Origin: an uncultured Clostridia bacterium
Lineage (GTDB): Bacteria > Bacillota > Clostridia > TANB77 > CAG-508
NCBI GenBank assembly: GCA_934183305.1
Contig: CAKPSF010000002.1
Coordinates: 145,395-209,394 of the forward strand
Reading direction: 5' to 3'
DNA: 64,000 nucleotides
The position numbers were made by a program, and so were the translations under genes. Positions 1-9,204 of this stretch are shown here, in pieces. Every line of letters begins with the position of its first letter. The first letter of the stretch is position 1. The notes beneath the pieces were generated by a model that made no database searches, had not been told where the DNA came from, and saw nothing but the letters and a program-made list of their open reading frames with translations.

Positions 1-516
1 TTTATCAAAAGCATGTGCTATTCCACTTTCTAATATCCAATATCCTATATAAATATTGTCTATATATAATGGAAAGAATATAGCTGCTTTCGCTCTTCCA
101 AACTCTAGTTTTTGATATGGCAATCTTTCATTTTCATTATTTACAGTTATATATTTAGGAGTTGCAGTCGTTATACTATCTTTAAATATATCTTCGTTTT
201 GTAAATTTCTTAATGTGTCCCAGTGTTTTTCATTAACATTAGTAGCTTTTATAACATATTCTGCTCCATCAAAAACAACTATTGTAGAATATTTTATATC
301 ATATTTTTCTATTAAAATATTATTTATCTTAATAATCTTGTTATCAACAGTTTCTTCTTCTCCTATTGTACTCATAAATTCTTGAAGTACATTTAAGCTA
401 GTAACTTTTTGATTTACATTATTCAAATTTTGCACTTTTTTATTTATACTAATATTATATACTACAAGAATTACTACTACTATTATTAGTACAATAATTA
501 AGAATATTGCTCCCAA
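1..516 (-). CDS. partial CDS (C-terminus runs off window): N-terminally membrane-anchored protein, function unknown
   Basis: TTG start at 514-516 (rc) with GGAG 10 nt upstream. N-term LGAIFLIIVLIIVVVILVVY is one TM helix followed by a soluble domain. Open to the window edge; absent from the ORF track because truncated. Confidence 0.5.
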   Translation of the reverse strand, partial: MGAIFLIIVLIIVVVILVVYNISINKKVQNLNNVNQKVTSLNVLQEFMSTIGEEETVDNKIIKINNILIEKYDIKYSTIVVFDGAEYVIKATNVNEKHWDTLRNLQNEDIFKDSITTATPKYITVNNENERLPYQKLEFGRAKAAIFFPLYIDNIYIGYWILESGIAHAFDK

Positions 517-546
517 TGTTTTTTCACTCCTTATTTATTATTTTTA

Positions 547-2823
547 TTAATATCTATTTTTCATTTGTTCCAAAGTATTATTCATGTTAGGAGAAAATTT
601 ATTGTTTGATGAATAATCTCCCATTGGTTTGTATTTATTTCCAATTAACGGATACACCATATTAGCAACTTCTTTTAATTTAGCATTAAAAAATTTTGAA
701 TATCCATTTATTGAAATTTCGCAATCCATAACTCCTTCTAGATATCTAGAACACGCATCTTCATCAAAAGGAACAGAGCAGTATTTTACACTATCTTTAT
801 TGAATAATTCAGTCATAAACGACATAGCCGGATCATTATAGAATGCTAGTCCACCAATTATTGCTTTTGGTGTTAATCCTCTAACTTTCATTTCTTTATT
901 TATAATAATTTTAATTTTTTCAGGTCTTAAAATATCTTTAGCTTTTAGATCTCTCAAGAATGCTGTCATTGGTTGAATTGTAAGAATATCCATAGTTTGA
1001 ACAACGTACAATTCTTGTGCAACTCCAAAATACTCAACTGGCGAATTAAAATCACAATCCATCAAAACGACTGAATAATTTTGAGTTAAAGTTGATATTA
1101 TTCCGTCAACCTCTTCTAATGGCAATCTGTCTCCCGGAAGTGCTGTATATACATCTAAATATTTGTCTACATTTATTCCGTTTGTGATTCCGCTTCTTAG
1201 TTTTTTTATCGATTCAAATGCTATATTTCTTAAGTTTTCCTCATTCTTTGTATAAATATAATATGAATTTCTATTTGTAGTCAAATCTAAAATAGCGGTT
1301 TTAATGCCCATTGAAGATAAACATTTAGCAACATTGTTTACCAAAAATGATGTTCCATTTTTTGTTGTTCCAACAAAGCTAACTATTTTTTTATCTTTAG
1401 ACAATACTCCGGACATATTCGTTATTGAGTCATAATTAATATTAGAATTATAATTTGTAACTGCATTATTATACTTATCTTTTTGAACTTCCGCTCTAGT
1501 TGATTGATTTGATAGATTTCCAACATTGTCAAATCCAGGTAATACCATATCCTCATCATCGCTTATTGCATCAAATCCTGGTAATGTTTGTGTTTCATCA
1601 ACTTTATCAAAACCTGGTAAAACATTTTCGTTTTGCTCTTCATTATCAAATCCTGGTAATATTGAATCTAGATTATTTTCTACTTCGTCAAAACCCGGTA
1701 GAACAGTCTCTTCCTCTGGCTCTGTTTCAGTGGCTGTAACTTTTTTAGGTCTGCCTCTTCCTCTTTTTACCGTATTTACATTAGGTTGTTCTGTTTCAAC
1801 AACAACCTTCTTAGGTCTGCCTCTTCCTCTCTTTACTGCTGTCGCCTCTGGTTCTTCTTTTAATATAGGTTCATTTATTTCAGTTTCATTATCGACTTCT
1901 TCGAATCCAGGTAAAGTTGTTTCTTTTTCAATTTGTTTTGGTTCAACTTTTTCTTCTATTTTACTTTTTATTGTTCCAGTCATTTTTTTAGTTGCTACTT
2001 TTTTTATTGCCGTAGGAACAATTACTGGTTTTACCGGTCTATTAGAAGTAGAATTATTTAAAAATCCAATTTTCAGTCCTTCTTCTTCTTTTTGTTTTTT
2101 CATAGCATTAATTGTTGATGGTGCATCTCCAAATGTCATAACAGATTGATACTTAGGTGATCTTTCTTCTAGTACCGCTTTAACATTTAGAGGTAGAAAC
2201 TTAGTTATTATTCTTAATTGTGCATCATTATATTGTGCTGCTATGTTATTAAAACTCTCTATATATCTATCTTCATCTTTTCCAAGTCTTCTATAATGGT
2301 TTAAAATATTTTTTATTTCTGCTTCACTAACATTTTCTTCGCTTTCGCTTTTGTAATTTACTTCATCAGATTCTATTTTATAATAAATCTTAGCCTCTTT
2401 TTTACTACGAGGTTTATTTAATAATGTACATACATTAGCAGTACTTCTATCTTGCCCTAGCAGTGCATTATATATTCCTATTCCAAATAATTTTACTAAT
2501 ATTGGTTCAGACTTTGTTCTTCTATCTGTTGCAATTAATATAATTGGTATATCTTCTCCATTTATTCCTGTTGCTTCGTCACTTATATTATCTAATTTTT
2601 CAAATAGAAATTTATCTATTGCATCATAATTATTGTTAGCAAATGGTTCTAAGTCCTCGCTAATAACAATTCTATCATATGTTTTATCTCTTTGTAATTC
2701 TTTAACAATTGCATTGAAATAGTACATATTTTTATATGAAATTATTTCTTTATAATCTTTTTGATATTTTTTAACTATTTGTGTTGATATATTCTCGTTA
2801 CTTACAGCAAACAGAACTTTCAT
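547..2823 (-). CDS. ParA/MinD-superfamily (CpaE/TadZ-like) ATPase with receiver-like N-domain, two AT-hooks and six LPGF(D/E) repeats
   Basis: 758-aa ORF with GGAGGGG RBS. C-terminal IVSFVGTTKNGTSFLVNN...VVLMDCDF resembles the deviant Walker A/B of MinD/ParA/CpaE. The central region has KRGRGRPKK x2 and LPGF[DE] x6. Confidence 0.7.
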   Translation of the reverse strand: MKVLFAVSNENISTQIVKKYQKDYKEIISYKNMYYFNAIVKELQRDKTYDRIVISEDLEPFANNNYDAIDKFLFEKLDNISDEATGINGEDIPIILIATDRRTKSEPILVKLFGIGIYNALLGQDRSTANVCTLLNKPRSKKEAKIYYKIESDEVNYKSESEENVSEAEIKNILNHYRRLGKDEDRYIESFNNIAAQYNDAQLRIITKFLPLNVKAVLEERSPKYQSVMTFGDAPSTINAMKKQKEEEGLKIGFLNNSTSNRPVKPVIVPTAIKKVATKKMTGTIKSKIEEKVEPKQIEKETTLPGFEEVDNETEINEPILKEEPEATAVKRGRGRPKKVVVETEQPNVNTVKRGRGRPKKVTATETEPEEETVLPGFDEVENNLDSILPGFDNEEQNENVLPGFDKVDETQTLPGFDAISDDEDMVLPGFDNVGNLSNQSTRAEVQKDKYNNAVTNYNSNINYDSITNMSGVLSKDKKIVSFVGTTKNGTSFLVNNVAKCLSSMGIKTAILDLTTNRNSYYIYTKNEENLRNIAFESIKKLRSGITNGINVDKYLDVYTALPGDRLPLEEVDGIISTLTQNYSVVLMDCDFNSPVEYFGVAQELYVVQTMDILTIQPMTAFLRDLKAKDILRPEKIKIIINKEMKVRGLTPKAIIGGLAFYNDPAMSFMTELFNKDSVKYCSVPFDEDACSRYLEGVMDCEISINGYSKFFNAKLKEVANMVYPLIGNKYKPMGDYSSNNKFSPNMNNTLEQMKNRY
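1528..1914 (-). repeat. in-frame coding repeats: six LPGF(D/E) units plus a 66-nt duplicated AT-hook unit
   Basis: The motif ccaggtaa (rc TTACCTGG = LPG) recurs six times. ttaggtctgcctcttcctct occurs at 1745-1764 and 1811-1830 (rc encodes RGRGRPKK). Confidence 0.85.
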
Positions 2824-2826
2824 TTG

Positions 2827-3228
2827 TTAACCCCTCCAACTTTTTACAACTATTGCAAATATAAGTGGTAATACCTGAGCAATTACAAATATTGTAATAA
2901 ACCCAATCATTAAAATTAAACCTCTATCTCTTACATCTATTTTTCTTACACCTAAAATATATTGATAAATTGCAGCAATTGCAACTCCAATAAAGCAACA
3001 TGGTATGCTGTATATTCTAACTTTATTTAGCATATATGCTGTAAATCCGTAGCTTTCAGAGCCATATGCTTCTGTGTAATCTTTTATTTCTTTTAATTCT
3101 TTATCTTTAATTTCTACAAGTTGACTACTTGTTTTATTGTCCATTATTTGAGTAGTGCTAGTTGCATGAACTGAATAAACAGAAAACAAGCAAATTAATA
3201 TAAAAAATATTGCTATAACTTTTTTCAT
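2827..3228 (-). CDS. small membrane protein with signal peptide (unknown function)
   Basis: 133-aa ORF with GGGGAGAAAG RBS. Has an N-terminal signal-like helix and C-terminal TM helices. Lies 3 nt upstream of the ParA-like gene. Confidence 0.7.
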   Translation of the reverse strand: MKKVIAIFFILICLFSVYSVHATSTTQIMDNKTSSQLVEIKDKELKEIKDYTEAYGSESYGFTAYMLNKVRIYSIPCCFIGVAIAAIYQYILGVRKIDVRDRGLILMIGFITIFVIAQVLPLIFAIVVKSWRG

Positions 3229-3340
3229 AACTCTTTCTCCCCTAGATATTATATATTCAATAATTATACTATATTATCATACACTACAATAAAAAAAAAT
3301 ACAAGGTTTATTTGAAATTTTTTACCACTTTTTCTAACAA

Positions 3341-3379
3341 AATCCCAAAATTAAAGAACGCTTAATTTGCGTTCTTTAA
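3341..3379 (-). terminator. intrinsic terminator after the GH73 gene
   Basis: TTAAAGAACGC / GCGTTCTTTAA 11-bp stem, followed on the minus strand by TTTTGGGATTTT. Confidence 0.8.
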
Positions 3380-3381
3380 TT

Positions 3382-4644
3382 CTATAATCTGTTATATAAA
3401 TATTTCATCCAAGTATAAATACTATTGGCCCATTTTTTATCTGTTGCATATTTTTTATTTACTCCGGCTAATGTAGCGCCATTATAGTATTTTCCAGTGG
3501 CTACTTCTCCACCATATATGCTTGTTCCTTTAGGATTTAAATAATGTTTTACTAACACTCTAGCAATCATATCTATACTTGCTGAGCATCCATCGTAAGA
3601 ATAAGCACTTGAATACGCACTATTGTCATATGCTCCGTATCCGAATAAATTTTTCTTATTTGTAGCTATCTTAGAAGTTCCCCATGCACTTTCGTGAATA
3701 CCTATTGCCGCAACAAATACTCCATTTATTCCATATGATTGTTCTATATAATAGAAATATTTTGCATTTTCTTTAAATATACCATTTTTATCTTTTGATT
3801 CGTTTTCAAATATCTTTTCAAATTGTTCTAATGTTAATCCACTTGGTTTGCTTAAGTCCATACTTTTACTAAGTTTCTTTAATAATTCTTCTTTAGAATA
3901 TTTTTCATTATTATTGTTTCCTTTAATTTCCACGTTTGGTACTATGTATGTTACACAATCTGATTCTACCCATCCATAATATGTATCATATTTAACGTAA
4001 TACCAGCTTCCATTTTTCTTTTCTATCTTTAGTTTCGAATTTTGATTAATTTTTATTATAACCTCTGCATTTTTATCATTTTCCGTCCTAATATCTAATT
4101 CATATGGTGTTGCATATACTGTATCTCCTATTTTAATTTTATGTTTATTATAATATTTAGACGTACCAACTTCAACAATTCTTTTTATAGAAGGTTTTAA
4201 GATCTTTCTTCCTATCTGTTCATCTTGTATTAACTCTTCGCCTTTATATTGTTTTTTTATAATTAATTCTTGTTTTCCATCTTGTCCTTGTTGTAATACT
4301 TGAATTGTACCTTTAGGAAGTTTACTATTATTTTGATATTCTGTTTCATATTCAAGTTCAACATCCATAGTTTCAATTACTTCTCTTATTTCATCATTTT
4401 TATTTTGATTAATAATATCATTAATATCTATTGTTCCTTCATATTCTTGGTCTAGCCATTCAATTTCTTGATTTTCTGTTTTATAGCTATCAGCAACAAT
4501 TATTTCCTTTTTTATTCTAGATTTAATTACAAATCTGCATATTAATACAACTATAAATAAAGTAGCAATTATGCTTCCAATTATTATTAATATATTTCTT
4601 TCACTATGGTCATTTATCTTTATTTTATTATTATTATTTTTCAT
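3382..4644 (-). CDS. membrane-anchored peptidoglycan hydrolase: G5 + SH3b + GH73 N-acetylglucosaminidase domains
   Basis: KLPKGTIQVLQQGQDGKQ...IVEVGT (G5-like), GSWYYVKYDTYYGWV (SH3b-like), GIHESAWGTSKIA...LFGYGAYD (glucosaminidase). ATG at 4644 has a GGTGA RBS; the track start at 4689 is the TTG of the promoter -35. Confidence 0.8.
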   Translation of the reverse strand: MKNNNNKIKINDHSERNILIIIGSIIATLFIVVLICRFVIKSRIKKEIIVADSYKTENQEIEWLDQEYEGTIDINDIINQNKNDEIREVIETMDVELEYETEYQNNSKLPKGTIQVLQQGQDGKQELIIKKQYKGEELIQDEQIGRKILKPSIKRIVEVGTSKYYNKHKIKIGDTVYATPYELDIRTENDKNAEVIIKINQNSKLKIEKKNGSWYYVKYDTYYGWVESDCVTYIVPNVEIKGNNNNEKYSKEELLKKLSKSMDLSKPSGLTLEQFEKIFENESKDKNGIFKENAKYFYYIEQSYGINGVFVAAIGIHESAWGTSKIATNKKNLFGYGAYDNSAYSSAYSYDGCSASIDMIARVLVKHYLNPKGTSIYGGEVATGKYYNGATLAGVNKKYATDKKWANSIYTWMKYLYNRL

Positions 4645-4660
4645 AAGTTTCACCAATATT

Positions 4661-4689
4661 ATTTTAAATATAAAAAGTTTTTTTGTCAA
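4661..4689 (-). promoter_or_regulatory. sigma-A-type promoter (TTGACA-17-TAAAAT)
   Basis: rc of 4684-4689 is TTGACA and rc of 4661-4666 is TAAAAT, with a 17-nt spacer. Confidence 0.6.
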
Positions 4690-4753
4690 TTATTTAATAA
4701 ATATTGATTTTAATAAAATATTATAATAATATTATGATTATAAGGAGAAAATT

Positions 4754-5590
4754 ATGAGAAGAACAAATTTACGTAAGAAAAAAAGAGTAATGATACAAGA
4801 ATCAAATAAAAAGAGTTTAAAAATCCTCTTTGCATTAACTGCAATTATAATTTTAGCATTAATTGTTTATGTGTTTTTTATTCAAAACATATTCATAAAA
4901 AGCAACTTTGAAAAAGATAATATCGAGATTGCAAGCTTAAATGAAAATATACCTTTTTCTATTAAAAAAATAATACTATTCAGTAGTGCTACTGCAAATG
5001 CTGAAAATGTTAATCAATCTTTATTAAATTTAGATATATCACAATATTGTGATATTGGAATTTATTTAAATAATTCAGATATAGACAACAATATAATTCA
5101 AGCCTTATACATAGACAACATATCAATTTCAACCCCCGAGCTTGGTAGCCCTTGTTTATATATGAAAAGAGTCACAGACTTAGGAAAATGTAGTTTTGAC
5201 GAGAAAAATATTATAAATCAGAAACTAGATTTTAATATAATAGATATTAATTCAGATATTAATTACGATAATCTAGAAATGTATAGCAATGCTTCCACTC
5301 CAATCTCAATTGGCTTTTACAATAGAAGTATAAAAAAAGATTATTTAACAGATTTAAGAGAAATTGTATATAACGGTACATTATTAAAGAAAGCAGCCAT
5401 ACCAGTAAAAAGCCTAGAATGTAACGTTTCATTTACAATTAATATTATAACTACTTCAAACGAACATTATATTTGTAACATTAGTTTTGATGTTCCTCTT
5501 CAAGACGGGGAAGGCTCAATTGCAGACACAGGTTACGCAACAATGGAAATCAACACAGCAAACTCATATAAGTTTTTAAGGATAAAATAA
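4754..5590 (+). CDS. membrane-anchored hypothetical protein
   Basis: 278-aa ORF with AAGGAG RBS, one N-terminal TM helix and its own terminator. Confidence 0.75.
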   Translation: MRRTNLRKKKRVMIQESNKKSLKILFALTAIIILALIVYVFFIQNIFIKSNFEKDNIEIASLNENIPFSIKKIILFSSATANAENVNQSLLNLDISQYCDIGIYLNNSDIDNNIIQALYIDNISISTPELGSPCLYMKRVTDLGKCSFDEKNIINQKLDFNIIDINSDINYDNLEMYSNASTPISIGFYNRSIKKDYLTDLREIVYNGTLLKKAAIPVKSLECNVSFTINIITTSNEHYICNISFDVPLQDGEGSIADTGYATMEINTANSYKFLRIK

Positions 5591-5597
5591 ATTAAAG

Positions 5598-5627
5598 ACC
5601 AGGAACGAAACTCCTGGTATTTTTTTA
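5598..5627 (+). terminator. intrinsic terminator
   Basis: ACCAGGA-acgaaac-TCCTGGT followed by ATTTTTTT. Confidence 0.85.
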
Positions 5628-5654
5628 TTTCCTAAGTTGTTAATAAGTTGTTAA

Positions 5655-5710
5655 AATTTAAAAAACACCAGCTTTTCAAATCCTTGAATCAGGCTTGAAA
5701 TCTAGTGTTT
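5655..5710 (-). terminator. probable terminator of the tRNA operon (long imperfect hairpin + T-run)
   Basis: AAACACTAG...CTGGTGTTT outer stem with an inner imperfect stem, then TTTTTTAAATTTT on the minus strand. Confidence 0.5.
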
Positions 5711-5717
5711 CGGATTA

Positions 5718-5793
<76 letters not shown>

Positions 5794-5822
5794 ATAGTAT
5801 TTTATACTATATAATAAAAAAA

Positions 5823-5899
5823 TGGCGACCTGGAACGGGCTCGAACCGTCGACCTCTAGCGTGACAGGCTAGCGTTCTAACCAACTGAACTACCAGGCC
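5823..5899 (-). tRNA. tRNA-Asp (GTC)
   Basis: rc GGCCTGGTAGTTCAGTTGGTTAGAACGCTAGCCTGTCACGCTAG...CCAGGTCGCCA. Anticodon loop CTGTCAC. Confidence 0.95.
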
Positions 5900-5908
5900 G
5901 TAAAAAAA

Positions 5909-5984
5909 TGGTGGGCGCAACAGGGCTCGAACCTGTGACCTCCTGCTTGTAAGGCAGATGCTCTCCCAGCTGAGCTATGCGCCC
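5909..5984 (-). tRNA. tRNA-Val (TAC)
   Basis: rc GGGCGCATAGCTCAGCTGGGAGAGCATCTGCCTTACAAGCAGG...TGCGCCCACCA. Anticodon loop CTTACAA. Confidence 0.95.
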
Positions 5985-6006
5985 ATCTTTCTTATCGACG
6001 AAATCT

Positions 6007-6035
6007 AGTATACTAAATTTTTAGAAAGATGTCAA
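6007..6035 (-). promoter_or_regulatory. promoter of the Val-Asp-Phe tRNA operon (TTGACA-17-TATACT)
   Basis: rc of 6030-6035 is TTGACA and rc of 6007-6012 is TATACT. About 20 nt upstream of tRNA-Val. Confidence 0.7.
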
Positions 6036-6114
6036 GACATTTTTTTGATTTTTTTGATTTTTTTGAAATTAATACATATATTTAAAAATCCAATAAATAA
6101 AAACTATGGTACTA

Positions 6115-6150
6115 ATTTAAAAAGGTGAAAGAAAAAATCTTTCACCTTTT
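6115..6150 (-). terminator. intrinsic terminator after the ATP-grasp gene
   Basis: AAAGGTGAAAGA / TCTTTCACCTTT 12-bp stem flanked by A/T runs. Confidence 0.8.
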
Positions 6151-6168
6151 GCTGTACTTTGAAATTTG

Positions 6169-7107
6169 TTATTCGAACATTGCTTGCAAGGCTTTTCTGA
6201 ATATATCTTTTACCATATCATAGCCACCATCTACAAGTTCTGTAAAAATAGTAGCCCCAACACCCGAATTAACCTCTAAAACATAGAGTTCATCATCAGT
6301 TGTTTGGATTATATCAATAGTAGCGAAATTAATATTCATTGCCTTTCCAGCTGTAACAGCTAATTGAGCTATCTTCTCATAAAGCTCACTGCCTTTTTCA
6401 AAAACTGTTGGTATTGCCCCTCCACTTAAATTATGCTTCCAAGATATTTCAAATTTTTCCCCTTTCGCAGGAACATATTCCATATCTAAAAGCTTTAAGT
6501 TTTCAGTTACAACAGATTTTTCTGGCAAATTAATGCCATCGATTAATGAGCGTAAGTTGGAAACTCCGTCTCCAATAACATATGGCTTAGTTTTTCCATA
6601 TATCAAATGCACCTCTCCATTCAAATAAAATGTTCTGTATTCAGTAACAATATTATAGTATGGACAAATGCTCACAGACGATTGGCTAGCAAAAAGTTTT
6701 TGCAAAGCCTTTTCGATTTCCTTCATATTATGGCAAAGCGTCACGCCTTGTCCCTCACACCCATTATTGGGCTTAACGACAACTGTTCCATGCTTCATAA
6801 GCTCAGAAATAACCGTTAAGGATATTCCTGCATCGCTAATGCACCCGCTCCTTGTAGCCGGATTAAATATCATTGTGTGTTCAATTATAGGCACATTTTG
6901 AGATTTTAATACCTCATATGTTGCATATTTATCACACGCAATATCTCCCGCTGCTTCAGGGTTAATGTCAAAGCGATTACCTACCACATGTCTAACCTTG
7001 TTGCCTTTTGAAAGTTGAAGAATCCAATCATATGAAAGTTTCTTCATCTCTATGCCCATTTCAGAGCACAACTCTCGCATCAAAACGTGAAAAGACCTTT
7101 CTTCCAT
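6169..7107 (-). CDS. ATP-grasp family ligase (RimK / cyanophycin-synthetase-N-like), monocistronic
   Basis: 312-aa ORF. DKYATYEVLKSQNVPI...VVVKPNNGCEGQGV...YVLEVNSGVG fits the ATP-grasp fold. Has its own promoter and terminator. G+C is visibly higher than in neighbours. Confidence 0.65.
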   Translation of the reverse strand: MEERSFHVLMRELCSEMGIEMKKLSYDWILQLSKGNKVRHVVGNRFDINPEAAGDIACDKYATYEVLKSQNVPIIEHTMIFNPATRSGCISDAGISLTVISELMKHGTVVVKPNNGCEGQGVTLCHNMKEIEKALQKLFASQSSVSICPYYNIVTEYRTFYLNGEVHLIYGKTKPYVIGDGVSNLRSLIDGINLPEKSVVTENLKLLDMEYVPAKGEKFEISWKHNLSGGAIPTVFEKGSELYEKIAQLAVTAGKAMNINFATIDIIQTTDDELYVLEVNSGVGATIFTELVDGGYDMVKDIFRKALQAMFE

Positions 7108-7171
7108 AAGTATACTCCTTTCGTAGTATAGGTTCTTTGTTTAGATGACCGTTTATTTGTACAACATTTAT

Positions 7172-7200
7172 ATTATACCTCTTTTCATTTATTATGTCAA
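7172..7200 (-). promoter_or_regulatory. consensus sigma-A promoter (TTGACA-17-TATAAT)
   Basis: rc of 7195-7200 is TTGACA and rc of 7172-7177 is TATAAT. Confidence 0.7.
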
Positions 7201-7221
7201 CTTTAATGTATTCTACTTTTG

Positions 7222-7806
7222 CTAAAAATTCTTCCCTTTTGAAATCAATGCTTCATCCATCTGCTCTGTTCTTTTTATTATTCCAATAAAATAAACACCC
7301 ATACTATGTTTTATATTTCTAATATTCACTTTTAAATTTTTTGAAGTATATACATTTTTCATATCTAACAATTCTCTTTTTAATACCTCTATCACTGACC
7401 AAGATATCAAAAGTACACTTTCAATCTCTTCCAAATTAACATTAAACAACGCCAATGGTTTGCATAACTTTTTGATTATGTTAGTAATACTCGTAGCAGT
7501 ATTAATCGAAGAATATGTATATGTAATAATACATACTATAAAAAATTTAAACATTATCCAACATGCATCACTAATATTACTAATTACAATATTAATTAAA
7601 AAAGTAAGAATAATATATGGAATTATTTTTTTGATTTTTTTTATGATTTTTTTCAAGGATATCTTAAATATAATTATTAAACATATATTTCCAAACACAA
7701 TTATTGAGAATAAAGCCACTGAATTAGGTAAGAAAAATATAGAAGTTACTATTGTTACAAATAGCAAAAAACTAATCAATTCCACATTAAACTCCTTTTC
7801 TTCCAC
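7222..7806 (-). CDS. ecfT: ECF transporter transmembrane (T, CbiQ-family) component, unusually short
   Basis: 194-aa polytopic ORF overlapping the ATPase gene by 20 nt. The C-terminal RTEQMDEALISKG resembles the EcfT coupling-helix region. Confidence 0.6.
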   Translation of the reverse strand: MEEKEFNVELISFLLFVTIVTSIFFLPNSVALFSIIVFGNICLIIIFKISLKKIIKKIKKIIPYIILTFLINIVISNISDACWIMFKFFIVCIITYTYSSINTATSITNIIKKLCKPLALFNVNLEEIESVLLISWSVIEVLKRELLDMKNVYTSKNLKVNIRNIKHSMGVYFIGIIKRTEQMDEALISKGKNF

Positions 7807-8608
7807 TTGTCAAATTTAAAGTTAGTTTATTTATTAATGTATCTACTGTTAACTCTTCATTATTGAAATCTAAAGATATACCTTGAGATTTTAATTTTAC
7901 TAAAATTTCTAATATTATAGGGATTTTTATTTCGTTCTCTTCAAATCTTTTAGCCTTTTCTATCAATTCGTTTCTTTTTATTTCTTCTACTACTTGACCA
8001 TTATTTAGTATTATTGTTTTATCTGCTAATAATATTTCATCTGCTAAGTTTGTAATGCATATAATGGTATATCCAGCTTTCTTTAATTTTAATATTAAAT
8101 TATATATTTTCTCTTTTCCTACACTATCTATCATCGTAGTAGGTTCATCTAGGACAATATATTTGGGTTTTCTAGCCAGAATTTCTGCAACCATTATTCG
8201 TTGTTTTTGCCCTAATGATAAATAGTACAAGTCACTATCTTCACAGCCAAGCATATCAACACATTCTAAAGCCTCATTTATAACATTAATATCATCAGTA
8301 ATATATGAGAACTCATCTTTTATATTATTAAAAATTATCTGGCTATCCGGATTTTGAAATACTATACCAACTTTTGAATTTATAATTTTTCTGTTTTGCT
8401 TTTTAGATATATCAATATCATCAATTAAGATCTTTCCTTCTTTTAGTTTTATTATTCCTGAAATCAATTTTCCTATCGTTGATTTTCCAGACCCATTTTT
8501 TCCTACAATAGCAACAATCTCTCCCTGTTTTACAGAAAAATTTATATTTTTCAATACATATTTACTATCTTTATATTTATATGATACATTTTCTAAATTA
8601 ATCATCAT
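7787..8608 (-). CDS. ecfA: ECF transporter ATPase component
   Basis: Walker A GKNGSGKST, signature LSLGQKQR, Walker B IVLDEPT. Confidence 0.85.
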   Translation of the reverse strand: MMINLENVSYKYKDSKYVLKNINFSVKQGEIVAIVGKNGSGKSTIGKLISGIIKLKEGKILIDDIDISKKQNRKIINSKVGIVFQNPDSQIIFNNIKDEFSYITDDINVINEALECVDMLGCEDSDLYYLSLGQKQRIMVAEILARKPKYIVLDEPTTMIDSVGKEKIYNLILKLKKAGYTIICITNLADEILLADKTIILNNGQVVEEIKRNELIEKAKRFEENEIKIPIILEILVKLKSQGISLDFNNEELTVDTLINKLTLNLTSGRKGV

Positions 8609-9134
8609 TATTCCTCAAATACTTCCAATATGGTTTTCTTAAAACTTTTTCTAAGAATAAAGTAACACTTATATGTATTGGAATCATAATTAACTGTTTT
8701 ATTATTCTTGTTGTAAATAAAACTATAAATGCCTTTCCTGTTGTAATGCTTGTCCACAATGTATTCAGCCCCATATTTACTATTACAGCAACCAAGATTG
8801 TTGCAATAGTAACCCTAACCGCAAATTGTTTATCAGAATATGAATTTTCGTTCTCTTTATACATTATAGTTCCATATATAAAAGCTGCAATTGCAGTACT
8901 TATGGTATATCCTACAAAATATGGTCCAGTTGGGAATAAGATTGCTCCTATTATATCTCCAAATACATTCACTAAAACTGTCCACTTAGGTCCTAGCCAA
9001 ATAGCGCAAAGCATAGTTGGAATAAATGCAAAACTAATCTTTACTACCGGAGTTTTTATTGATAAAATTCTTGACAGTATTATTAATAGTGCTAAAAATA
9101 TTGCTGATAGTATTATTTTTTTATTTTTTGACAT
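8598..9134 (-). CDS. folT: ECF transporter substrate-binding (S) component, folate (FolT) family
   Basis: 178-aa six-TM ORF. SFAFIPTMLCAIWLGPKW...FGDIIGAILFPTGPYFVGYT fits the FolT family. Preceded by a THF riboswitch. Confidence 0.65.
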   Translation of the reverse strand: MSKNKKIILSAIFLALLIILSRILSIKTPVVKISFAFIPTMLCAIWLGPKWTVLVNVFGDIIGAILFPTGPYFVGYTISTAIAAFIYGTIMYKENENSYSDKQFAVRVTIATILVAVIVNMGLNTLWTSITTGKAFIVLFTTRIIKQLIMIPIHISVTLFLEKVLRKPYWKYLRNNDD

Positions 9135-9204
9135 ATAAAAAACTCCCTTTCTTTTTTCCGCAACAAAAGAAAAGAAGTTTTAAAATGCTTCTCAAAATTC
9201 TTTT

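Noticed and set aside
1526-2149. Long plus-strand ORFs antisense to minus-strand genes. Examples: 1526..2149, 10135..10689, 14121..14693, 34526..34927, 55565..56164, 59878..60372, 61234..61653.
   Set aside because: All lie opposite well-supported conserved genes. They lack RBSs and encode low-complexity Ser/Phe/Leu-rich strings typical of shadow frames in AT-rich DNA.
547-2823. Considered calling the ParA-like gene part of a Tad/Flp pilus locus (CpaE/TadZ) linked to the pilin-like proteins.
   Set aside because: No cpaF/tadA, tadB/C, secretin-equivalent or Flp prepilin genes are adjacent. The pilin-like genes are 12-37 kb away and are type IV-like rather than Flp-like.
6041-6066. tttttttga x3 tandem repeat upstream of the tRNA promoter.
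   Set aside because: It is a short low-complexity A/T tract, possibly UP-element-like. There are too few copies and too little information to call a functional repeat.
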